From positions 124,001-188,000 of the forward strand of contig JAQGDQ010000010.1 of assembly GCA_030141605.1 (NCBI GenBank): 64,000 nucleotides of DNA. Reading direction: 5' to 3'. Shown here in pieces: positions 1 to 13,453 of this stretch. The translations under genes were made by a program, and so were the position numbers. Under the pieces are notes generated by a model that was not told the DNA's origin, did no database searches, and was given only the letters and a program-made list of their open reading frames with translations. The DNA comes from Tubiluchus corallicola. Its lineage: Eukaryota > Animalia > Priapulida. Each line of letters begins with the position of its first letter. Position 1 is the first letter of the stretch.

Positions 1-856
1 GCAAGGCTTCTGAATTTTTAGCTATAAAGGCGAGAGGTTGTCAGCTACTGAACTATATAGATATACTGCAAAAAGATTTAGCGAATACAACTCTGCATTT
101 GAGCGCTGATACATCACCAAGCTTCAACAGGTGGCGTGCTCTATGTTTTAGAACGCAAACGACGATGTAGAGTCACTATAATTATATAGAGTAGAGTGTA
201 GAGTAATACAGTTTGTAGTTAAGATGAGAGATAAGAGTAGTACAGTGAGTTGATAAGATTGCAAAGATATTTTTCTTTGTAAATAAATTGTTTAAGTTTA
301 ATATTTGTAGAAACATATTTTTCTAAGTTACTTAGTTAGTTTTAGATTAGGGAATAAATTAAAGGTCATTAAAATTCCAGAAATATTTTTGTTGGAAAGA
401 CATGAATGCTTTGCTCATAACAGTGATTGCAAGTGCAATTCCGGTTGTTTTGATAACTGACTTAATAATGAGTATGATAAAAGGTTGAAATGGGCATATA
501 CATTACCCATGTAGTTTTCAGACTTGTGACTAAAAAAAACTCACGCCACTATGAGACAATCTGATTAGCTCCTTCAGGACCACACCATTAAAAATAGGTC
601 TTATAAGACCTATGATTTTTTGCTGCTGTATGAACACAGACATGACTAAATTATTACAAATTAGGTACTTTTTTATTCAGGAGAATCTTGGTCATACTAT
701 TTGTTTAAACATTTATAAGAGTGATTTAATTAGGTAAAATTAAGAAAAACACACCCTCTTCAAGCACTCCAACTTAGCCTATTGAGTAGCTTATTCTGGT
801 GTACATTTGTGTTATTAGTACACACTAATTTATTGATCACCTGCTTGGTACAAGCC

Positions 857-1505
857 AAAGCCAGGTACAAAAAAAAACTGTTTCTGCCTTACCTTATGAG
901 CTCAAAAGATATAAGTAGAGTGGGAGCAATTTTTTTTTAAAGCTTTGTGAATGTATGTATAAAGCTGAATCATGAAATAATTTAAAATCAGTTGAAATCA
1001 AAGTTTGTTTCTTTGTTTCCCACTGGTTAGCAGTAATGTTTTAAATTTTTTCAATGCACATTTTTTCACACTTTGTTTTTTAGTTTCACATTACTAAATT
1101 ATCGTATAATTATCGATTATTGTATAGTCTCTTTTTTGTATAAATGAATGTGTATGTTCTGATGATTCTGGTATAAGTGGCAACACTACTCGGCCATTAA
1201 TACACCGATTTGGCATAACTTCGATACTTTTTAGCCTCGAATACAATGAGCGTCATACAAAATGGCAACCTTGGCGGAGAGTTAGCCGTGGAAAAACACG
1301 GCCACATCCTGCATTCCCCGAAAGAACGATGTTATAATAATTATTGTGTTTTACATTTTAAATTTAAAAAATACGCTTTTGTATGACTCTGTCAAGTAAG
1401 TATATGAACGTACAAAAAAATTATATAATTCCTGGCCAGGTGCACAATAAAAAAATGTTATCCGGGTGATTAGGCGTAAACAGAAGTATTTTTATTGTCG
1501 GCCTA
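857..1505. mobile_element. Degenerate MITE-like element with A-rich terminal inverted repeats ending GGCCTAA
   Basis: Left end gcc..aaaaaaaaactgtttctgcctta resembles the reverse complement of the right end taggcgtaaacagaagtattttttattgtcggcctaa; imperfect match. Confidence 0.35.
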
Positions 1506-2604
1506 AGCTGTACACTGTTCTGCTGCTATTCCAGAAAAAAACCACCAATCTGCCAAGGACAAATTAAGGTCGTTTTATCTTTTAACAGCAATTTCTCCTT
1601 AAAATAGAGTAGACTTCAGACCAAAATGTATCAGAGTGTTGTGTCTGGACAGTTGAAATTTTCTGCATTGGCCGATTTCACACAAGTGATGCAGTGCCTT
1701 GTTATAGTGCAAACACTGTAGCTACTGCTGAAAGCTTTTTTTCATCAAAAATCGATTTTTAATTTGTATAAGGTCAGCAAATGTATTTTGTATATAATTT
1801 TGCATGAAAATCCATTGTGCATGGAGTAGAAACCTTTAAAAATTATCAAATGTAACATAATCTCTACTTAGTGAGAGTAGTTTTTCGTCAACCTATGCAA
1901 AATGCAGCAAACGCTTACAGTCCTGAAGGATTTAATCTGATACTTAATGGTATTAGCCTAAGTATAAGTATTTCTAACTACGTAATAAATTATGCAACTG
2001 CGTAAGAAGACTTTAGTACCATGACGTAATTTTTTAAGTAATTCTGGCAGCTGCCTCATACATATGTGATCCTGTCACTTCTTGTATTAATTTCTGTCTG
2101 GCATTTGGCATTTGTGATTAAAGTTCCCTTTATGAGCTTTCACATGATCTGATCGGTGTCACTGAAATGTTGCTAAGAAGACGTCAAGAATTTTGTCACT
2201 CAGATATCTAAAGAATTTGATGTATTGACTTGTCAATAATGACTGCAAAACCGAAAAGCAAATACCAAACTTTGTTGTGCCTAATGGGAAGAATCGAATT
2301 TGTTTTAGGTGTGTATAATCCAGACATGGGTTTGTTCTAATCTTTAATTCAAAGACCGTTTAGCGAAAGTGAGAGACAGAAGATGTGGTTTTGTTAACAA
2401 GTAGAGCTGTTTCCCAAAAGCTGTCACAGAAGTTACCAGTCCATGATTAATGGTATAAATAACACTATAAAGTAGAAACAGTGCTGTAAAAACAAGGTTG
2501 GAGTATCGTGACTTTGAACTTCGTGCATTTTTTTGAAACTGTATCTCTGTATCTACAGTATTCCACATTTTATTTGGGCAGCTCAGGAGCATTAAACAAT
2601 CATC

Positions 2605-3549
2605 ATGTCTAGTTTGCTGAGACTTGCTGAAAAGAAGAATGTGAATTTACATTTATCGAAAGTATCGGGGGTGGCTGTTGCATTGGTGTGTGGATATGGT
2701 GTAGTGAAAGGCTGTCGTCATATAATATTGAAATCAAAAGTACACACTGCAAAGAGAGAAGTAGTAGCCCCACGTGAACTAAAAAGTGCTAGCAACACTG
2801 AACTAGTCGAACTTAAAAATGCTCTTAACAAACGGGTAAATCCAGCCTTTGATAGAGTTTTTCTGAGGCAGCTAATAAAAATTTTACGTATTGTGATTCC
2901 AAGAATACTGAGCAGAGAGTTTGGGCTGTTGGTAACACACACTTTGACTTTGATTGCAAGGACGTTTCTCTCGATATACGTAGCTCACTTGGACAGTCGT
3001 ATTGTGCGGAGCATCGTCAAAAGAGATGCTAAAAATTTCATATGGCTTATGGTAAAGTGGTTAGGCTTTGCTGTACCGGCAACCTTTGTCAACAGCCTTA
3101 TTCGGTATTTGGAAAACAAGTTGTCACTTGCATTCCGCACACGACTTGTGAACCATTCATACAAGTTATACTTTGAAAAGCAAACCTACTACAAAGTCAC
3201 AAACATGGATAGCAGATTGACAAATGCCGATCAGTGCCTGACGGAAGATATCACCATGTTTGCGCAGCAAGTGTCTCACATCTATTCACACGTCACAAAG
3301 CCATTGTTAGATATTGTGGTAATTACTGCCACATTGTCCACCATTCAAGTTCGCAAGAAGGCATATTCACCGCTTCCTGCAGCAATTGCCACCTTTGTTA
3401 TCTACTTAACTTTTAAAGTTCTGCGAAGTCTTTCACCGAAATTTGGCAAACTAGTGGCAGAGGAGGCCCACCGCAAGGGCTATCTGAGATTTATGCACTC
3501 CAGGGTTATTGCCAATGCTGAAGAGATTGCATTCTATAATGGTCATAAG
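2605..3549 (+). CDS. ABCD1/ABCD2: ABCD coding exon 1 (N-terminus, most of the transmembrane domain, EAA motif)
   Basis: ATG at 2605; [15 protein letters not shown] resembles the peroxisomal targeting region; ends AFYNGHK|gtaata, phase 0. Confidence 0.95.
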
Positions 3550-6500
3550 GTAATATATTATTTTGGAGCTCTGGGTCTGTAATTCAAATGAAGGAAGATT
3601 CTGTGTCATTGTATTTCATTGTTAAGCATACTGGTTATTGAGATTGCTTTGTAAAGCTTAGGGAGTTTTCTAGCCTCTTGTTACTTCAGAATGTTTTTGC
3701 GCTTTTCATTTAATTCAGTCTGCAATGTACAGTATTTAGGAGCTTAATGTAGTGCAGTAAATGCAGGCCTGCCGGAACGAGAAAATGTTCTGGTGCAAGT
3801 AGGTATTCACCTAAAATTTGGATCACCTATGTAGAATTATGTATTTTATGTTAGTTCATAAACAGTGACACTTTTTGTAGTTTCTTTACTTGTGCATCCC
3901 AGTGCAGAGTGGACCTCGCTAAGTCGTTTTTATCGTGTTTTAAGTTGTGCTCATGGAATTGCAGTCCTGGACAGCTTGGCCATTAGTAGCTGTTATAACA
4001 CAATAGCATAATACATGTGATATAAATAACGCGTGTTTAAGACATTTGCAAGGTAAAAAGTGAATACATATTTGCTTTTTACAAATTTGAAAACTCCTAT
4101 GAACTCCTATAAATATTTATTGCTGAGTGAATATTTTCTGTGATTCTTAGGTGGAACAGGACCTACTGATGCAAAGCTATAAATCGCTAGTTAGTCAGAT
4201 GGATTTGATATTCAGTAAGCGGTTATGGTATATAATGCTGGAACAATTTCTCATGAAGTATGTATGGAGTGCAAGCGGAATGATCATGGTTGCTATTCCT
4301 ATCATCAGCGCAGATGGGGTGCGGCCAGACGGTATGTTGTTTTTCGTATGCTGTTTTTTGTGCAGGTTCATTTTTGCAGTGCGTCAGTTTGTTGTCGGGG
4401 ATCTTACTGTAAGCTAAATAATATATATATTTAATCTTCATACGCCATAATCACGCTCCTAAATGTTATCCATTATTCAGCAATATGACTGGAAAGGTTT
4501 TTTACATCATGTTGTAGAAATCTTTGGAACCTCCCATGGATTTTGATGCTTACAGTAGCTGAAAATTTTCAGTTCTAACTCCTTTTATGCTGACTTCTTC
4601 ATGCTATTTCATACCAAATATGTTTTTGTTAATAAAAGTATTTAAAGTTGCACTTGTATTTGTTTTTGTGTTATAATTAGACCTATTTACTTTGCTTTGA
4701 CTTCAGCTGTAAACACGAAAACATTTTTAATCCTTCATAGGGTTCAAATGTGGCAGTTAATTCAAGTTTTTATTCAGGGCGGACAGTAAAAATTAGCCCT
4801 TTCTAAAATGCAATAGAGCCTGATTGACATTAAATAAAAGTAACTGACATTACATTTTAACTTTTGTGATGTTGGAATAATGACTACTGATCCTAAATTG
4901 TGGTTAGCTTAAATTGTAAATACGAAGATACAGTGCAAAAATTACTGTCTATATTATTTTTTATTGAAACTTCTACATATAATACAAACTTGTTCTTTTT
5001 GCATATCCATTGGTAGTTGCTGTGTTCTTCATCATAATTTCTGGCAATGTTGTTTTAAATGGATGCTTTACAGTGCTTTACAGATTGCGAAAGTCTTAGT
5101 AGAAAGTTATGTGTGGAGAGATGTGTAAGTCAATCAGCAGCTAGTGTTTTGCTGAAAAACTTTAGTTTGACTGAGCTAGTTAGCTATATATGGAGCATTT
5201 TCTGGTATTTGTAATTTTGAGTCATTTTACCCTTAATTATAACAATCCATTCATGTTTCCATTATAATATTGTAATTTAAATCATTACCTTAATCGGCAC
5301 ATACACACAGTTTACCGGCGTATATTCAGTAAGTCAGTAAGACTATTTGTTGTGTTCCTTATTCAGGTAGTCTGTATACAGATGATCCAGATGGCGGTGT
5401 AAGTGAAAGAACAAAGGCCTATACTTATGCAAAGAGTCTACTAGTCCAGGCAGCTGATGCTGTAGAAAGGCTCATGTCTTCGTTAAAAGAGGTGGAAATT
5501 TATATTATACGAAATTCATTACTTTGATGCAAGGCTTTCAGTTTGTTAGATGTGACTTAGAAATTTTTTTTAAAAGTCAGCTGGTCACACAAAAAATCTC
5601 TACTGGTGGTATTAATGTATTGTAGTATTTGTAATCTCATTCTGTATAATTAAGCTTCAATGGGCATTTTGGTTGAGCACAAAATTCTGTTATCAGAAAG
5701 GAGAGAAAAATGTTTCGTGTTTGAATTTAAAAATTTGCAAACTTTTATGTGTTTAAAAAGTAGGGAAATGCTTTTGTTGTCATAGCAGGGAAGAAAATAG
5801 TAAACTAACGATGTGTCCCTTAGCATACTAAAAGGTTTTCATACCCGAAGTTCCTATGGAAGAACAAATTTTTCCGTCGCTTTTCTTTCTTACTGGAAAG
5901 ATTGGGGTGATTAATGATACAGTAATAAGTATGTTAAGCAACAGTGATATTTCTGAGTAAAGTGAAAAATATATGTTTCTTATGTAGCTTTTATGTAGCT
6001 TAAGAGGTGTAGCAAGATTGGGATGACAGGGGGCAATCGCTTCTAGGTGCAAAGTTCTTCCAGAGTTCTTTGACTGTTAACTATTAATTGCAGATCCAAC
6101 ATTAAGAAAAGTTTTCAAACTACAACTAAATTACCTAATCAGAGACCATTGTACCTGGCTTAATTAGCAGTTCGATAATTTTAGAGAAAAGTGTGGTAAT
6201 TGTTTAAATGTCAATTGGATTATTGTGAAAACCTGTAGTGTTCTGTATCTTTCATAATTAATCTTTGCATGTTTCAATGCTGGAGCTGAATGTTTAAGGA
6301 CATTCGTGTTACGCGCAACATGTATAGAAAAGAATTATTCTGGTGCAGTACCACAAATCAAACTGAAGGTGAAAATCGCTTATCTTTATCCCTTCATGTC
6401 GAAAAAGGAGAGTCGGGCTCATGGACGCAAAAAGCGTACAATTTGTGACTTTGCCCACAAAACAAATGATCAAAACATAAAAAGGGTAGAGCACCAGAAG

Positions 6501-9500
6501 TTTTTTTGTCCCAGGGCGCACATGCCACTGTTTAGCTTGACACAGGGACAGGGATATTCTCTAGCTGTTCTTCATTTCTTAAACCTTTCTCAGCGTGTTT
6601 TCTTTTCATTAATCTAATTTTAACTTTTCAGATTACAGAGTTAGCCGGCTACACAGCTAGAGTTCACGATATGCTGAAAGTCTTTGAAGATGTTGCCAAT
6701 GGTCATTTCCAACGAAACATGGTCACTAGTGGAAAAATTCAGAACAATCTTGTGCTTGACACACCTTTGCAGATTAATGGTATATATAGCTTTTGAAATA
6801 GAGACTGCAAACAGGTTAAAAGAAATTGAAAATGCAACACAAAGCAGACTTTATAAATAATCGGTGCTATATTATTTTCGTTTCTTTTTGGTTCTTTTGA
6901 TAAGCCCAGAAAGACTAGTCATTTTGCAGAATGATTAAGATTTTTGTTGCTAAGCTTTATCAGGGGCTGGTTACAATCGTAACAGAATAACATTGCACTA
7001 ATAATAAATACAATGCTTAACAAATTGTCATAAAAATGGCACAAAAACCTAAATGAGGAAAAGCCTGATCTTTTTTGTGAAATGGATACCCTACTATAAA
7101 TGGAGAGTTGAGTCCTTTTTGATGTGCAGGGAATTAGAATGAACGGATTACAATTTGCCACTAGGACTGTAACGATACACCCCTTTAACTGTTTCACTAT
7201 TATTTATTACTTTGATAATGTGTAGACTATTGTTTGCATTGTAAGCCACCTGAAAAGTGACATATCTCAAGACTTTAGGTTTAAGACTTACTTGTGCATT
7301 TTGTGGTTCACATTTGCCATTTCACAAGTGTGTATGTAAACACTGTAATTAGCCCACTACAAATTAAACACATAGCAGTGTGTATATGTCGAGTTAAGTA
7401 CTTTTCACTGCACTGTTTGACTCATATCTACAGTACACGCTACAGCTAGAACTTGAATTACACATCATTTTTATTGGTATACGGTCAAGCACAGTCAAGG
7501 TTGCTGAATATCGTTGACTCAGATTATCATGATACAAGTGCACTTTGGCGATACGCATATTGTAATGAAAGATATTTTGATGCATCAATGTGTCATTACA
7601 AGCCTACTCACCACTGTTCTAAAATTTTTTGGGCCCTGTTTACTAGCTATAAAGGTGATTGAAATTATTATTTTTTTGTTTCTTTGTTTAAATTAAAACT
7701 TTTTGTTTTAACTATCAACCAGTTTGATAAGCTTTCAAACCTTACCTGTTTTATTCAAATATTTTGAAAAAGCCGCAAAAATCTTTAGGTTGGTGCCAAA
7801 TTTTACTCTAATGAAGAAATTGTTTTTTCACATTCAGCTTTATTTTGTTTCTGGTAGGTGAAATTGTGCATTCAAGTGACAGCGCTATTAGCTTAGACGA
7901 TGTGCCAATCATCACACCCAATGGTGACATTGTTGTTGGTAGTTTGTCAATTAAAGTAAGCAAAATTATGTTGCTTGTTCTATAACACATATCTGGCATG
8001 TGTTTTCTGTTTCTAAAGATATTCTTAATTATTGTTAGTTTGGATTATTTTTTATTAATTGCTTGTGTTCATGGTATCAATTTGATAAACTTTGTTTTTT
8101 GTGAGTTTCAGACATCCTACCATTTGTCTCTGTAAGCTTAGTGATTCCATAAACTAAACTGAATCAAATTCAGTTGTGTTTTTTGCTGTTAATGTAATTC
8201 TAAGACAGTTACACCATGCATGTTTTTGCTAGCATACTACCTACCAATAAGTACCTTCTGTTATGTGAAATTTTTGTCAGTTTTAACAATAAGACTTGGA
8301 ATAAATATATTCTCTAACTTTCATTCCATTATTTATTAATCATTTTTATATATTTGGCAATTTTTGGTCAGTGATTAAGGCTAGTATACTATAAATGTAA
8401 ATCATACTGTGTTGAAATAAGAATTTTTTCCCAGTCAATTTATTAATTTTTTGGTATTTAAGGTAAAATCCATTTTTTCTATACAGATGGAGCCAGGAAA
8501 ACATCTACTTATATCTGGTCCTAATGGCTGTGGAAAAAGTTCACTGTTTAGGATATTGAGTGGGTTGTGGCCGGTCTACAAAGGGAAACTGTATCGTCCA
8601 GCTGACTGTAGCATGTTTTACATTCCACAAAGGTTAGTGTGATCATCAGGGTGCAATTTAATGCCAGTTCTCCGGGAAATTGAGATAAATCTGCCCTAGG
8701 ACAGGCAGAGTCGTTTTTACAAGGGTCCTATGGCTGATATATTAAGGTTGCCACGTTATTATAAATGCTTCTCATTTTCAGGAAACCTTGTATTCTTTTT
8801 AAGTTGATGTATGCAGTTAGCGATGCCCTGCTTAAATAAAATTGTACTGTTTGCAGTGTATTTAAATTAAGCTTGTTGTCAGTTGTGTTAGTATTATTAT
8901 AATAAGTACTTTTATTATTTATAATGACTTTTAATAAGGACTTTTATTATTTATTATGCATTATTCCTTTATATTCAAAATGCCACTACTTTAGTGTATT
9001 TAGCTGTTAATATCCACATACTAATCTATAAATGCTAATTTTATTGAAATATTGTGGCATTCACATAAAGCACAAATTTTCTGGAACAAAAATATGAATG
9101 GCAAAATTTTATGGGTATAGACAAACTTTTTTGCTGCCTCATTTTTGCAGAGTTTACGTAAAGTTTACACCCAGTGTATACTCTCTGTTTACATACCTTT
9201 TAGAGCATAGTTTAGTAGTCCATCATTTTTGACTGCTTCTCTGTATCGCTGTTTTGTTCTGTAGATAAACCTACTAACTTTAAGCTTTTGTTTTCTTTGT
9301 TTGTTACCAAAACCAAACAAAATAAGTTGTTTATGTATCACCATTGACTTGAAATGTTGCCATTTTTGTGACAGCTTATAATTTCAGCCATATCTAGGTG
9401 GTTTAATAAATTCTTCTGACATGTAAATGACCAAGTTTTGCAGTTGTGAGTAATCTCAAATGTGTAATTCACTGCTTCTGATATTGTCCAGGCCATACAT

Positions 9501-12500
9501 GTCAATAGGGAGCCTGCGTGATCAGGTGACTTATCCGGATAGTAAAAGTGACATGTTCCAGAAGGGACTGACAGATAAAGATTTGATGAAGATTCTCGGT
9601 ATTGTTCACTTGAAGCAGATTGTTGGCCGTGAAGGAGGTGCGTAAAATCTTACGGTAGAATTACCTACACATGGTTGAAATTAACTGTGTATTTTTTTTT
9701 GCAAGAGCGGCATCTACCAACAATTATTTGAAGGCTTACATATGTAATTATAATAGTGGTAGAGTAAAATTCCTCTAGTTTAACTATTTCTATAGTCTAT
9801 GCTTGTATCTAAGAGGCGTTTTCTGGTTCAAATCTAGATTCATTTTCAATTGTTTTGATTTTTTTGTTTTTTGATGTAATAATGGTAATTTTGGCTTTAT
9901 AACTGGCAATATCCGTGTTGAATAAAAATCACTATCACAAACTTTAAAAGCAGACACTTACCGTCCCTTGGATTATCCATCAGCAAAATTAATGGCAGGA
10001 AAATAATTGTCCAAATAGTAAAATTATTGCTTTAATGAAACGTACCTGAGAATAACAAGATTAATTTTTAAGTTATTGAAGATGTATCGTTAAGTGTAAT
10101 TGACGTGTTTTTTGTTAATTTGTATGAATTACTGATCTGCTTTCAAACAAGTAAATGTTGAGATAATTTTCTTTGGTTATTTTTTATTATGGTGCTTAAT
10201 GGTTATAACTGCTTAATTCTTTTGCAGGCTGGGATGCAGTCAGCGACTGGAAGGATGTATTATCTGGGGGTGAAAAACAACGGATGGGCATGGCAAGATT
10301 ATTTTATCACAAGTATGTAGTATTTGACCAAGTCAGGTCTGCAACTCAAGATCTCATGTGTCGTAGAGATCTGGAATATTCTATAGTATAGTAGAACAAT
10401 CTTCTTACCTTGTAGAAGTTTCTAGAACTTTCTATATGCGATGCGCATAGTAGTTTCTAGATTATTCTCTTGCACTGATATATAAGAGCTGGCCGCTCGA
10501 GTTTATTCTCGTATTCTCAGATTCTCGCTTTCACGTTTCCAGATTATCACTTGACTGTACATATTTTGCGTTCCTTCATACTTTTATGTTGTAGAATTCT
10601 CGCATAATAAACTAGTTTAATTTGACGACGTGTTTCCTGGTTTTCTCTACGGGCCGTCCGAGAGAAACAAAACACAACATTATGTCAGTCGTGATAACGC
10701 TTCTGTCTGTCCCGTCCATTAGTAGTATAAGTCAATGGTAGTCGGAACTGTTTATCACATTTTTATAGCAATGTTAACTGTTTTACATAAATTCCTTAAA
10801 CAACAACTTTGTCTGTTAATAATTGGAAGCGGTTATACAAATTATTAGTTTTTATTTAAGCTCTCAAAGGTTTAGAACTATTATTCATTTGTGTTAGTTA
10901 ATTAACAAATTTTACATGTAATGTCTCAAAATGACTAGAAACACTTTAACTAGTTGGAAAACTGCAAATTTCACACTGAATTATACTATATAAATAAATG
11001 AATAAACCACACTTGTTGCAATAAATCTGACGGTTTTTTTTAAATTTGTTCAATATTTCGACATTACGTCTTCTTCAAGAATATGTAGGCAAAAATTACA
11101 ATATGCACTATCTAAATTAAGAAATTGATGATGCCAAATTACTTTCTTCTATATTTCTGAATCTAGGTAGTGCATGTTATAATTTTTGGCTACATATTTT
11201 TGAAGAGAACGTAATGTCGAAATATTGAACAAATTTAAAAGAAAATAGCCCGGATTTAGTGCCACAAGTGTGGTTTATTCATTTATTTACTTAGTATAAT
11301 TATGTATGATTAGAAAAAAATATAGTGTAATGTTTCCTACTTCAAAGACAATAGAAAGCCTTTGTGTATTGCAGTGTTTACATACTGGTTGCAATTATGT
11401 TTTAAATTTTGACATCAGCTTATGGGATCATTCGGCAAGCTAATTATTAGCATTTCCCCATAAGTTATCAGAACTCATTTGAAAAAAAACTGCTTTTGAG
11501 TTATCAGCTGGAAAGTCCTAAATACCGTAAATTTTTTTACGTGTACCAAAAACACTATAGGATCTTTTAGACAAAAGTTTTTTGCAAATTTACAATATTT
11601 TGTACGAATCAAAAATGACAGTATGAAAGACACTCCAGAGAATGAAATTTGTAATAATTGTATTTAAAAAGAAAGAATACTCATAGCTAGAATGGGAACA
11701 CTGCATCACTAATAGTCTCAGTAGCAGAAAATTGTACAAAAAGTATTAACAGGGATAATTGTTTGAAACGAAATTGCCAATAAATCTTGTGTAAGCAGTA
11801 AAAGGATCTTGAAAGTCTCAGATTCAAGTCTTAGTTATTAGTCAAATTTTTATTCATATTATGGAATCACCATTATTTTGCTGATAAAAGACATAAAAAG
11901 GTTAAATAAATTCAACATCATTTATTGGTCACAGACAGCAAGAGGAAGAGCCATCCACTATGCAATGAATTCATTAAAGCAAATGTAAATTTTATTTCAG
12001 ACCACAGTTTGCATTATTGGATGAATGTACAAGTGCAGTGAGTATTGATGTGGAAGCGTCAATTTATCAGGCAGCAAAGGATGCTGGGATCACTCTGCTT
12101 ACGATCACTCATCGTCCTTCCCTTTGGTGAGTCTTTCTACTCTTAAACTACAGTATGGTAACCCAAAGTCAGTTTAACGGTATGACAGCTCAAAGTGGGT
12201 TTCAAGTTAGTATATAAAAGATACATTTTATGTTGTTTACTAATTGATTACTAAAAAATGTGTAAGAGACTAACAGTAGCTGCATAAAGCTTGTGTGAAA
12301 ACTATTTGGTACTTTATTTGTTAGGGAAATGTTAGAAAAATTTCAGCAGCTGATAAGTCACAACCACCACTGGTGCTAATAATGGCCTGATTTTGGAGGT
12401 GGATTAAAGAGGTCAAAATGGTTAAGTAGTTAACGAGCAGCTTCGCTCTCCAATGTTGTATTTCATATAGCACTGTGAGCTTCCAATAATTTTGTTAATT

Positions 12501-13453
12501 ATTAAAATTATGGCCTGCGGGTAAATAACGTAATTTTCTTTTTTTTTAAAGTTAGATTTCATTTAAGCAAAAATTTGGCTTGAACAGACAGTTATATGTA
12601 GCTGATGGTCATTCTCACTGCTAGAATGTAACACCTAAAACAAATGCAGATGATAAACTATGAGCATGTAATTGCAAAGTGACCACTAGCAGTATAGTTA
12701 CATAGTGCAATATTGAAAATTACATTATTATGATTAATGGTGACATCAATTACAAGCGCTTAGTGAGATATATAAATTTGTATACAAATATATATATACA
12801 AATATAAATATAAATATATATACAACATTGAAGATTTGAATATTAAAAGTTATATATATATGTAGATGTTGACTGCCATGAAGAAGCAGATGTTCGTGTT
12901 CATTTATTGACAAATTATAAATTCTAATATTTGAGTTAAATTCAAAATTTTTTCATATGTATTTTGATATTGTGAGGTGGACGTATACTTTGAGGTTTAA
13001 AAAGCTGAGAATATAGGCACTGTGCACACTAGTTAGTTACATTTGAGCATAATAACCTTAAAGTATCAACATGAGTTAACCACACTCAACCAGGTTTAAT
13101 CTGGCGCAAACACAGTCAGGGTGTTACATTCGTGGATTTTGACCTGTATTCATTCATTGTTGTTTGAAGTAAATCTGCAAATTAATTTCAGGAAGTTTCA
13201 CGAGTATTTACTCCAGTTTGACGGAGAAGGTGGCTGGCGTTTAGAAACACTGGATACAAATACCCGACTTACCTTACGTGAAGAGAAGCAGCGACTCGAG
13301 GCACAGCTGGCCGGTGCCGCACAGACAGAACATCGCTTGCGAGAACTCTGCCAGATTCTCGGCGAGGATTCGGTTGCCTTGGAAAACATTGATAAACAAC
13401 ACGATGAAGATGTGGCCGAGTACATCAGAGCCACCACACCTGATAATGATTAA
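2605..13453 (+). CDS. ABCD1/ABCD2: Peroxisomal ABC half-transporter, subfamily D, ABCD1/ABCD2 (ALDP/ALDRP)-like; 10 coding exons, 2262 bp, 753 aa
   Basis: Manual join of 2605-3549, 4151-4331, 5367-5491, 6632-6779, 7858-7955, 8487-8632, 9492-9637, 10228-10312, 12001-12126 and 13192-13453. All introns are GT-AG and the frame is continuous. Motifs: EAA-like [10 protein letters not shown], Walker [10 protein letters not shown], signature LSGGEKQR, Walker B ALLDE, H-loop ITHRPSLW. The C-terminal [23 protein letters not shown] matches ABCD1/2 rather than ABCD3. Confidence 0.96.
4151..4331 (+). CDS. ABCD1/ABCD2: ABCD coding exon 2
   Basis: ttcttag|VEQDLL...[26 protein letters not shown]...RPDG|gtatgt; 181 bp. 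Confidence 0.95.
5367..5491 (+). CDS. ABCD1/ABCD2: ABCD coding exon 3 (not in ORF track)
   Basis: ttattcag|..[41 protein letters not shown]|gtggaa; 125 bp, phase 1 to 0. Confidence 0.92.
6632..6779 (+). CDS. ABCD1/ABCD2: ABCD coding exon 4 (not in ORF track)
   Basis: cttttcag|[21 protein letters not shown]...TPLQING|gtatat; 148 bp. Confidence 0.93.
7858..7955 (+). CDS. ABCD1/ABCD2: ABCD coding exon 5 (not in ORF track)
   Basis: tctggtag|..[32 protein letters not shown]|gtaagc; 98 bp. Confidence 0.93.
8487..8632 (+). CDS. ABCD1/ABCD2: ABCD coding exon 6 (Walker A)
   Basis: ctatacag|[31 protein letters not shown]...MFYIPQR|gttagt; 146 bp. Confidence 0.96.
9492..9637 (+). CDS. ABCD1/ABCD2: ABCD coding exon 7
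   Basis: tgtccag|[17 protein letters not shown]...IVGREGG|gtgcgt; 146 bp. Confidence 0.95.
10228..10312 (+). CDS. ABCD1/ABCD2: ABCD coding exon 8 (ABC signature)
   Basis: ttttgcag|[28 protein letters not shown]|gtatgt; 85 bp. Confidence 0.96.
10359..10679 (+). mobile_element. Probable solo LTR (~321 bp) in ABCD intron 8
   Basis: Termini TGTCGTA...CACAACA form an imperfect TG..CA inverted repeat; TATATAAG near 10479; AATAAA near 10606; flanks TCATG and TTATG resemble a 5-bp TSD with one mismatch. Confidence 0.6.
10979..11301. mobile_element. Foldback (near-palindromic) MITE in ABCD intron 8
   Basis: Arms of ~145 bp: AATTATACTA..TAAATAAATGAATAAACCACACTTGT pairs with ACAAGTGTGGTTTATTCATTTATTTA..TAGTATAATT, and TTTAAATTTGTTCAATATTTCGACATTACG has its reverse complement in the right arm; short central loop. 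Confidence 0.8.
12001..12126 (+). CDS. ABCD1/ABCD2: ABCD coding exon 9 (Walker B, H-loop)
   Basis: tatttcag|[42 protein letters not shown]|gtgagt; 126 bp. Confidence 0.96.
13192..13453 (+). CDS. ABCD1/ABCD2: ABCD coding exon 10 (C-terminal coiled coil, stop codon)
   Basis: aatttcag|[41 protein letters not shown]...TPDND-TAA. Confidence 0.95.

Noticed and set aside
2344-3416. Small ORFs antisense to, or overlapping, the ABCD start and exon 1
   Set aside because: Shadow or incidental ORFs around the real coding exon, with no independent support.
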